The notes beneath the pieces are model-generated. The model did no database searches and was not told where the DNA came from. It saw only the letters and a program-made list of their open reading frames with translations. 63,634 nt of DNA. Origin: a virus. Taxonomy: Duplodnaviria > Caudoviricetes. The DNA is taken from IMG/VR virus record IMGVR_UViG_3300030109_005543, positions 1 to 63,634 of that record, one strand, 5' to 3'. How positions within the stretch are numbered: the stretch's first letter is position 1; the number at the start of each line of letters is the position of its first letter. A program made the position numbers and the translations under genes. This document shows positions 55,918 to 63,634 of the stretch, piece after piece.

Positions 55918-58619
55918 TGTCAATTTCTCTCGGTCCATATGAAAGATCAATTCCCTTTGCAAGCATCCAAGATATTAGGTTTGATGTAAACGACGAGGGC
56001 CAGTATGTTGTTGTATTGGGTGTGTCGAATGAAAAAGTGATCGAAGATGGATCCACCCCCGGCGCCACCAGCTTTGGCAACTTTATTTATTTCTCCGACA
56101 ACAAGACAGAAATTGATTCACTAAGCAGCTCACAATCAGAACTTCTCAGGGTTATCAGGGGAAATGGTAAAAATCGTTTTAACCTGCGTCCAACGACTGA
56201 CATGTTTACACTCAAAGCCACGGCAGAGAAAAGCAACAGTGTGTACAGCTATTTGAACAGAAAGAGGTTTGTTCTAGAAAAATCACAACAGCTTTATGTC
56301 TTGGTGTGCTCGTATATCGAAGTAAACAATGCTTTTATCATTGGAAATGTGACAAAAGAGACGATCATCGCCAATGATGTAACTCCCATTAATGCAACAG
56401 TTTATACTTTGGATGAGACAGTTGAGGGCTATGGCACCAAAGATACAGTCTGGCCTGGATCTGTGCACCTTCACAATAATCAATTTATGGCAGGCAATGC
56501 GCATGTGTTGGAACAGCACCCTGATGTAACTCCGAGAACTGTTCTTAACGTGCGGTTGAAAGACCTGCGAGTTATAAAAGCCGCCAACTCTCTGAACTAT
56601 AAGTTTGAAAAGAGCGCAGCGCCGTATTTTTCTCCGGCAACCTTATCGCGTGTGCCTTCTGGAGACGTCAATGGTTCATTCACGTTTAATCGGCAGGCGT
56701 TCGCTGAAAATGTTAGCAAATATGGTGGCCTTATCAAGAACAACGAAACATTGTTGTCGACCGTTATTATTAAAGACGTTGTAATTTACCAAAAGATATC
56801 TGACAGAGATATTGGCGGAAACGCACTGACTACAGGCAAATCCACGAAGTGTGGCCTTGAAGAGGCGAACACAATGCAGACAGTTGCAAATTTAAACAAC
56901 AACTGCTCTATTGTGGCCAACACCACCGAGAACACAGACTTGGTTGAGATATTCTTTACTGACAACACCACAACAGAGGTGAACTCAGGCGCAGCTGAAT
57001 ATAAAGCTGAGGTGATTGTAGAAGATAAGACAGGAGAAATGCTTAACGACCTAATCACCAGGATAACCAATCAGATGCAGAAGATTAACGATGTCCAAGA
57101 TATCGCAGATAGTCAGGCTGTTTATGACGCTGTAGTAATCGAGTATCTTGCCGCAGTATCAACGATCTTTGGCACTCAGCCATTTAACAAGTTCTCGCAA
57201 AAGTTCTGGAGAAAAAATCTACTTGCGTTGGTTAACAGGTTTAATCCAAACTATGATGAAGACAAGCAGTTGTTTATCAAGACTATCAGTGATTTTGTTG
57301 CTAAGCTGGAATCCATACGCAACAAGCAAGCCAAAAAGACCGATACGTTTAATATCAATTCTGCAATGTACATTTCCAAGAAAGATGGGATTCTCACAGC
57401 ACGCAAATCTTTTGTTAACAAGTATACCTTTACTGGCACTAGAGATTTTGGTCTAAGCATTATTGACAACGACATCGAGCCTTCAAGCGTGTCCGTGCCT
57501 ACAATCACGTTTGACAATTACAAATCTCGTGCAAGACAAGAGGTGTCGAAATATGAAATCGTCAATACTCAAGCGACTGCTTTGAACCCGTTCGGATTCC
57601 TGTCGGCGCAGTCAATTAATCTGACACCCAACCCCACAAGATTTAGTATGGCTAAGCTGAATGCTCCAACGAGCCTGGCACTACCACTAATACAAAGTAA
57701 CACACAGAAGAGAAATGTATTGGACTTAAACAAAAAAGAGAAGCCAGCCACTACAACAAAGAATGTTTTAAGCACGTTGAATGTTAATGTTGCTCCTCAG
57801 CGCGTGCCACTTCGAGAGGTCGTCAACACACCATCAAGAGCGATGGCCCGAGATATCATTGATGCAGCAGAATTTCTGTCGGAGACTTCTGATTTTATTT
57901 ACGAAGACAAGGCTAACATACCAACTTCTGGCTCAAAGAGTTCAAATGTCCCCAATCCTAAGAAGGACAGAGTTCTCAGCGCGCCTCTTGTACAATCTTT
58001 TATTGAACGAACGGTGACGTCATTTAAGCGTCCTACTCGCATCGTTGAAGCTGAATCACTCCAGGGATCACCAGCACTTCAGAAACTAAGAGAAGATTCT
58101 ACCGTGATCGCATCTGGCTCAGCACTGTCAAACGCCGTTAATTTTAATTCGGTCGTCCAGGTGCAATACTTGGCCTCCTATGATACCAAGAAGGGTATAA
58201 CACAGCAGAACTGGAATGTGTTAACACCTGAGATCCTTGATGCTAAGAGTGCCAGAAACCAGCCTATGGTGTGTAAGATGGTCAAGGTCTCCAGTGCCCT
58301 GGGCGTCCCTGATGTCTTGAATCTTCAGCCGATGTCTAGCATGTTTGTGATTGGGACACCCCAGAAGCTTGCCCCTGCATCTGCTGCAGTTGCTCCTACA
58401 ATTGTGGCAGAGCGAGCCAGACAGACTCTGCAAAATCAGTCCCCAGATCTCAATCTCAATCTGGACAACGTTAACATACTATATTCAAAAAATGTGCCGG
58501 TTGCTTCCACAACAAGTACGGCGCCTGCAGCTGCGCCGTCGACGGCTCAAGCACCAGCTCAACAAAATCCCGCAGTGCAGCTAATTACTAGCAGGCCACC
58601 GACCGGGTTGGGTTATTGA
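55917..58619 (+). CDS. Putative structural protein (900 aa)
   Basis: TAATG-coupled start; A/P/T-rich tail ending in GY. Confidence 0.65.
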   Translation: MSISLGPYERSIPFASIQDIRFDVNDEGQYVVVLGVSNEKVIEDGSTPGATSFGNFIYFSDNKTEIDSLSSSQSELLRVIRGNGKNRFNLRPTTDMFTLKATAEKSNSVYSYLNRKRFVLEKSQQLYVLVCSYIEVNNAFIIGNVTKETIIANDVTPINATVYTLDETVEGYGTKDTVWPGSVHLHNNQFMAGNAHVLEQHPDVTPRTVLNVRLKDLRVIKAANSLNYKFEKSAAPYFSPATLSRVPSGDVNGSFTFNRQAFAENVSKYGGLIKNNETLLSTVIIKDVVIYQKISDRDIGGNALTTGKSTKCGLEEANTMQTVANLNNNCSIVANTTENTDLVEIFFTDNTTTEVNSGAAEYKAEVIVEDKTGEMLNDLITRITNQMQKINDVQDIADSQAVYDAVVIEYLAAVSTIFGTQPFNKFSQKFWRKNLLALVNRFNPNYDEDKQLFIKTISDFVAKLESIRNKQAKKTDTFNINSAMYISKKDGILTARKSFVNKYTFTGTRDFGLSIIDNDIEPSSVSVPTITFDNYKSRARQEVSKYEIVNTQATALNPFGFLSAQSINLTPNPTRFSMAKLNAPTSLALPLIQSNTQKRNVLDLNKKEKPATTTKNVLSTLNVNVAPQRVPLREVVNTPSRAMARDIIDAAEFLSETSDFIYEDKANIPTSGSKSSNVPNPKKDRVLSAPLVQSFIERTVTSFKRPTRIVEAESLQGSPALQKLREDSTVIASGSALSNAVNFNSVVQVQYLASYDTKKGITQQNWNVLTPEILDAKSARNQPMVCKMVKVSSALGVPDVLNLQPMSSMFVIGTPQKLAPASAAVAPTIVAERARQTLQNQSPDLNLNLDNVNILYSKNVPVASTTSTAPAAAPSTAQAPAQQNPAVQLITSRPPTGLGY

Positions 58620-58622
58620 TAA

Positions 58623-61364
58623 ATGCAAGATGATAGCTATAAAGATAGATTACTAATTGTTGACAACAATTTGATTGGTATTAAAAACAGAGGCGTGAAC
58701 ACAAACAACGCTGAGATTGTTGGAAATCCAGTCAACTTCCACCCAATGCTTAGGGACAACTGGGGGATTGAGGACCCATTGCGTGGTGTGCTGGGTTCGT
58801 ATTACACACGATACCTTAGTACTAAGGGTGAAACATTATACAACTACGCCTCGGCCTTAGAGGTACTAAAAGCTGGCGGCAACGTAGGAGCAGTTGACCA
58901 AGACCCTAATGGAATTGGGGCCCTGCGGTATCAACTAGAGGGAAACAATTACGGCCGTAATCTTGTTTTTGACCCGCAGTTTCTCCCGGGTGACACAGAC
59001 ATAATGCTGACGTTTGCTCCTTTTACTTGGGATCAGTACCCATCTGCCGACAATACGTTGGGTAATGGATCACAGTGGTTCATTGATAATATCGTTGATT
59101 ATGTGGGTGATTTTGACCTCTCAACTCCTAATGTCACAGTTACCGATATAGTCAATGGCAACCAATATTCCTATCCGGGCCTCCTCAATCTGTTAAACTT
59201 CGAGAACAAGGCTTTCGCTGATCATACGTCTAGACATTTCTTACTACCTAGAAAAAAGACTATCAGAGAAAGATCGGGTGTTTTAACTGGCGTAGAGCCC
59301 GTTTACAACTTCTATATCAACTCCAATCCAGACTATGAAGATGTCATCGCAGATCCTAGAGTGGAAGAATATTTAATTCCCAACTCCTATTATTTGCAGA
59401 TAGAGTTGAGAAATGAGACTGACCTGCCCTTCGAGCCGGGTCATGTCACTGCCATACAGTTTGGTGGCCAGTTCACTACCTTCCCAGCAATCGTCAGGGC
59501 CCAAACAGCTAATGGTCCAGTTGATTGGTTCCAGACGTCCACCGCAGGTATGTCCGAAAGTAACATCGGGGTTTACTACAATTTATACTCTGATGGAATG
59601 GCTGCTGCTATTGAAACCATGAGCGAAGATATGAAGGATAGCATCAAGGCAGTCAACGGTGACCTGGCTGTTGTCAGATCCGATCTTCCCATTCTCGACC
59701 CCGACACACTCGATCTCAACAAGATTCCATTTTATAATAAGCTTGTAATTGGAGATGACACGGATTCTGCCCAAGGCCCAGCTGGCCTATTGATGGCAAT
59801 GTCCACCAACCCGGATACGGCACCTTTCATTGACGTATTACAGACAGCCGCTGTGTTTGCTTACTATATTCAGGGCTTTTTACCTGCACCAGAGTTTGCC
59901 ACAAGGTTCAGGCGACTTAATGATGTCAGCGACTTATCAGATTATGACTTCGACGCACCGACCGACCCAGCTCGACTACCGATACTTTTGGATTTGGGAG
60001 ACATTCTTGCGAACGGCCTGAATGATGTGGTTAATTTTGTTCGATTCATGCAAAACAAGGGCCTGGGCCTCCTTAGCCTAGTGCCGGTCAACTTCTTGAG
60101 AGACTATCTTGGAAAAGATCTCCCAACTCTTTTTGAAAACCCACCAGATGTAGCGCTGTCAATGGACCACACTATGGCCACTTATTTTCCTGGTGGCCTC
60201 CCCGGCTCTTTGATAAGTTCGTTTAAGCGCACACTAGAAGAAATATTCAATAACAAGATTTGTCACGCAGAGACATTGATGTATGTTGTTGAGAAATACA
60301 GAGTCGACGACGACGATGACGTAGGCACACTCGTTCAAAGATTCTTTATTTCCCCGAGAATTGAGAAGCCACCGATTACAGGTCCAATGCCAACTTACTA
60401 TGATTCGCAAATTAAGTACGGCCAGAGGTATCGGTATGATCTTAAGAAAATGGTTATTGTATATGGAAACCAATATACATATCCGAGAAGATCCCTCGTC
60501 TATCCAGGTCAGACAACACTGATCAAGGGAGTTGTCAACGAAATGTCCATCAAGGTCATCTTGGCACCGTACGGAATGGGTGACGCTGGTCTTCATGTTA
60601 TGATGATGGATAAGCCACCCGTTTCTCCAAACCTGTCTTTCTATCCTATAAAGGGGAATGACAGAAACATCAAGATCCTGCTCAACGCCCACACAGGCGA
60701 ATTTGAAGACAGGCCGGTGCAGATTCAAGATTCGGATGCTGCCTACTTCGAAGATCTATACTTCGCTCAAACAGAGGTTAGTAAGACATTTGAAGAAATC
60801 ACTGAAGATGGTCTCAAGATAGCATTCTCATCTGATGACCCAGTTAACAAGTATCAACTGTTCAGGATAAGCGAAAAGCCCACCTCGTATCGTGACTTTA
60901 ATAACGAGTTCATCGAAATTGATCCGGATGTGGGCGTTCCAGGATACTACCAAGACACTATCGTGCCAAACAGGAAGTATTATTACTGCGCTAGAGCAGT
61001 GGATGTCCACGACAACGTTTCGAACCCAACATACATTTTTGAAATAGAAATGGTGAATAATGAGGGTCAGATATTCCTGAGACAGGAGTTATTTACTTTT
61101 GAGAGGGAAAAACCAACATTCACTAAGCCCGGCCGAAGATTTATTTATGTTGAACCTAGTTTCAATCAGGTTGCACTTGACCAGCAGGTAAATGCACCAG
61201 GGGACATACAGATTCCGCCATCAGACAACATTCTGGGCGCTCAGACAAACGAACAATCTTGCTGGAACAAGACCTTCAAAATTAGAGTTACGAGCAAAAA
61301 GACAGGCAAGAAAATTGATTTAAATTTAACTTTTAAAAATTCAGGGGTTACAAATCCAAGCTAA
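58623..61364 (+). CDS. Putative structural protein with a C-terminal FN3-like domain
   Basis: YQLFR...YQDTIVPNRKYYYCARAVD...S. Confidence 0.65.
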   Translation: MQDDSYKDRLLIVDNNLIGIKNRGVNTNNAEIVGNPVNFHPMLRDNWGIEDPLRGVLGSYYTRYLSTKGETLYNYASALEVLKAGGNVGAVDQDPNGIGALRYQLEGNNYGRNLVFDPQFLPGDTDIMLTFAPFTWDQYPSADNTLGNGSQWFIDNIVDYVGDFDLSTPNVTVTDIVNGNQYSYPGLLNLLNFENKAFADHTSRHFLLPRKKTIRERSGVLTGVEPVYNFYINSNPDYEDVIADPRVEEYLIPNSYYLQIELRNETDLPFEPGHVTAIQFGGQFTTFPAIVRAQTANGPVDWFQTSTAGMSESNIGVYYNLYSDGMAAAIETMSEDMKDSIKAVNGDLAVVRSDLPILDPDTLDLNKIPFYNKLVIGDDTDSAQGPAGLLMAMSTNPDTAPFIDVLQTAAVFAYYIQGFLPAPEFATRFRRLNDVSDLSDYDFDAPTDPARLPILLDLGDILANGLNDVVNFVRFMQNKGLGLLSLVPVNFLRDYLGKDLPTLFENPPDVALSMDHTMATYFPGGLPGSLISSFKRTLEEIFNNKICHAETLMYVVEKYRVDDDDDVGTLVQRFFISPRIEKPPITGPMPTYYDSQIKYGQRYRYDLKKMVIVYGNQYTYPRRSLVYPGQTTLIKGVVNEMSIKVILAPYGMGDAGLHVMMMDKPPVSPNLSFYPIKGNDRNIKILLNAHTGEFEDRPVQIQDSDAAYFEDLYFAQTEVSKTFEEITEDGLKIAFSSDDPVNKYQLFRISEKPTSYRDFNNEFIEIDPDVGVPGYYQDTIVPNRKYYYCARAVDVHDNVSNPTYIFEIEMVNNEGQIFLRQELFTFEREKPTFTKPGRRFIYVEPSFNQVALDQQVNAPGDIQIPPSDNILGAQTNEQSCWNKTFKIRVTSKKTGKKIDLNLTFKNSGVTNPS

Positions 61365-61378
61365 TAAGCAAAATTAAA

Positions 61379-61386
61379 ACTATTTA
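61379..61386 (+). promoter_or_regulatory. Putative phage late promoter motif ACTATTTA
   Basis: Intergenic, upstream of 61405. Confidence 0.5.
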
Positions 61387-61404
61387 AAGGAAGAGGATAA
61401 CAAT

Positions 61405-62331
61405 ATGGGTTTCTTAGACAATTCTGGCGACATTATTTTAGACGCTGTACTTACCGACTTAGGCAGAAAGAGATTAGCCGAAGGAAATGGTAGATTTAAC
61501 ATTTCAAAGTTCGCTTTAGGCGACGACGAGATTGACTACGGTCTGTATGACAAAACACACGCAAGTGGTTCTGCATACTACGATCTTAACATTCTGCAGA
61601 CGCCGGTCTTGGAATCGTTTACAAACAACATGTCCAGCATGAAGTCGCGTTTGCTGTCATATGCCAGAAACGACCTGCTTTACTTACCAGTGATTCTTGC
61701 AAATACAACAGCTGGTGGACAGCCTTTCTTTAGTGGTCTGAACTCCTACATCATTTTGGTTGACCAGACCACGGTAGATACTGTTTCTTCTACTGGCCAG
61801 AACGCTCTTGCCGCCGGTGTCCTTAATGGCTTCAGGCCTGCTCAGGGCGCAAATCTTATTGAAGCAGATCAGGGTCTTGACACCACAGAACTTTCCAACG
61901 AGGTAAGTCTGGCCGCAGAGGACGATACTCTTGTCGAAACACAATATTTTGTTCAGATCGACAATCGTCTCGGTCAGCTGCGCTCGGCAGCTGGGGACGC
62001 TTCGTATAGTCCATCCTCCATTGATGATGATAACATTGCAACGTATATTTTTAGTCGCAACGATGACACAGGAGCTGTTTCGGATCTGAATCCGGCTGCA
62101 GCCTCAATCCTGAGAGGACCAAGAGGCTCTAGAGTTCAGCTTAAGGTTGCCTCCTCGCTTGATCTTAAGACAAGCTCGTTCCTGTTCACACAGCTGGGAT
62201 CCCCAGGTGTGTCAGCTATTGGTGACCTCGCCGCCGCAAACTACAGATTTATTGACTCGACGGTTAGGATTTCTGGCGTTTCGACGGGATATACACTGGA
62301 TGTTCCAGTTAGATTTGTGAAGCAAAACTAG
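61405..62331 (+). CDS. Large-phage structural (baseplate/tail) protein
   Basis: MGFLDNS.DIILDAVLTDLGRKRLA...KFALGDDEIDY N-terminus; GAGG ribosome-binding site. Confidence 0.7.
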   Translation: MGFLDNSGDIILDAVLTDLGRKRLAEGNGRFNISKFALGDDEIDYGLYDKTHASGSAYYDLNILQTPVLESFTNNMSSMKSRLLSYARNDLLYLPVILANTTAGGQPFFSGLNSYIILVDQTTVDTVSSTGQNALAAGVLNGFRPAQGANLIEADQGLDTTELSNEVSLAAEDDTLVETQYFVQIDNRLGQLRSAAGDASYSPSSIDDDNIATYIFSRNDDTGAVSDLNPAAASILRGPRGSRVQLKVASSLDLKTSSFLFTQLGSPGVSAIGDLAAANYRFIDSTVRISGVSTGYTLDVPVRFVKQN

Positions 62332-62351
62332 TTAAGTAAAAGGATATAATA

Positions 62352-63434
62352 ATGGCAACTTCATTTAAAGCGTTAGAAAGCGGAAGAGACTCCGTAGTAA
62401 CAAGAAACCTCTTGCATGAGGCAATTCCGATCACGGGATCTATCGTTTCGGGCACATACGCCACTGAGAACATCAAAGAGTTTTCGCATGGAATGTTCCA
62501 GTCAGTATATGACTATCCTTTCCTCAGCTCCTCGGCCAATCACATTCTTGATTTGACTGTTGGTTACTCGGCTGTTTCGGGACTCTCGGGCACCGGATAT
62601 CCTGCCGCAGCGCAGCAGGACAAGAAGATCAACATCTATAACGAGTTTGCTCAGGTCCTCGTCGGCTACAATGAGAACGGTGCGATCCGACGCTTCGATG
62701 AAGATGGAGACCTCACAGGAGGCACTAAGATCGACGAGGCTTACTTCTTCAACTTTACACGCCTCCTGACAAAGGATGAGATTAAAAAGGGCTCCTTCAA
62801 CCTCACACTGGGCGTGAGCGCCTCGTTTACTACTCCGTTCGGAACAGGCACAGGCTCAGTCACTCTTAGAGACTACAGTGGTTCTAGCGGCTACAAGGTT
62901 AACTCCCCTGCTGGAGAGTATGGAGTCCTGTACGCTACAGGTAACTTGCTCCACGGTGGAGACGCTACACCAGATGAAAACGGTAATGTCCCTGCTGGTC
63001 TTCTTTACTACCAGGCTGGTGTCGCGGTTGTTACAGCTTCTATCTTCCAGGGTCTGCTTGGAATTAACGCGCAGGTGAACGCGGCCACAGAGATTGCAGA
63101 TGCAGTTCTCACTGGTTCCTCAATTAACCTCAACGCTGACGGTATTCGACACAGAGTTGAAAACATCTCGTTTAACAACACGACAGAGCTGAACTCGACA
63201 GTTTACTTCTGCCGCGTGAACAACACTGATTTCAACTACTCCGCAAACCCAACATATCTTTCGAGCAGTAAGATGGTGGTCAAGACAAACTCACAGGATC
63301 TTCCAGTATCCTATGTAACTGCAGTTGGTCTTTATTCACCTGACAACGAATTGCTCGCGGTTGCTAAATTGTCGGAGCCTCTGAAAAAGGATCCAAGCGC
63401 TGAGTTCACAATTCGTGTGAGACTAGACTACTAA
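62352..63434 (+). CDS. Large-phage structural (baseplate/tail) protein
   Basis: FNYSANPT...YVTAVGLYSPDNELLAVAKLSEPLKK C-terminus. Confidence 0.7.
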   Translation: MATSFKALESGRDSVVTRNLLHEAIPITGSIVSGTYATENIKEFSHGMFQSVYDYPFLSSSANHILDLTVGYSAVSGLSGTGYPAAAQQDKKINIYNEFAQVLVGYNENGAIRRFDEDGDLTGGTKIDEAYFFNFTRLLTKDEIKKGSFNLTLGVSASFTTPFGTGTGSVTLRDYSGSSGYKVNSPAGEYGVLYATGNLLHGGDATPDENGNVPAGLLYYQAGVAVVTASIFQGLLGINAQVNAATEIADAVLTGSSINLNADGIRHRVENISFNNTTELNSTVYFCRVNNTDFNYSANPTYLSSSKMVVKTNSQDLPVSYVTAVGLYSPDNELLAVAKLSEPLKKDPSAEFTIRVRLDY

Positions 63435-63454
63435 AGTGAAGATGCGGTCATGCC

Positions 63455-63634
63455 ATGCCTTACTACAAGTTTAAACGGAATGAAGTATATAACAATACTT
63501 TAGTAACATACCCAAGTGTTAAATTCGTAGTCTACAGCGGCTCGGCGTACTATAACAACACCCCAACTATCTCAGGTGCTCTTGCCAATCCAATCAGGCT
63601 AACTGATGGCGGCAACGTATCCCTCTACGAAATT
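63455..63634 (+). CDS. Structural protein, 3'-truncated by the window edge
   Basis: MPYYKFKRNEVYNNTLVTYPSVKF... open to the end of the window. Confidence 0.6.
   Translation, partial: MPYYKFKRNEVYNNTLVTYPSVKFVVYSGSAYYNNTPTISGALANPIRLTDGGNVSLYEI

Overview
A 63.6-kb segment of a large (jumbo/T4-like myovirus-type) phage genome. All supportable genes are on the + strand, densely packed and often translationally coupled. The segment has four blocks. (1) 1-7.5 kb: acidic and basic proteins rich in L/I-x-E motifs (probable head-associated proteins), including an RNA-ligase-like/HIGH-nucleotidyltransferase fusion. (2) 7.6-16.5 kb: an accessory and translation block with five tRNA genes (Thr, Ala, Val, Pro, Gly), a QueF-like protein lacking the catalytic Cys, a class II aldolase, an amidinotransferase, a thermonuclease, PIN-PhoH, a Cas4-like nuclease and metallopeptidases. 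(3) 16.5-31.5 kb: a glycan-synthesis island (GT4, GT2, GT11, GT6, GT29-like, GT10-like, CMP-ulosonate synthetase, SIS-HAD, methyltransferases, a sulfotransferase, gmd, an epimerase). (4) 32.5-63.6 kb: a phage sigma factor followed by baseplate and tail genes. The main discovery is an 82-nt 'mini-tmRNA' at 7594-7675, a complete tmRNA tRNA-like domain (G3-U70, SmpB-binding loop, helix 2a, T-arm, encoded CCA) with no mRNA-like domain or tag frame. In the same block, two tRNA genes overlap the stop codons of their upstream genes, so 5' tRNA processing would create non-stop mRNAs. Together these suggest a phage system that manipulates ribosome rescue. A recurrent CTA(A/T)TTA motif upstream of many genes is a candidate phage late promoter. 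All family calls come from motif recognition by eye; no database searches were run.
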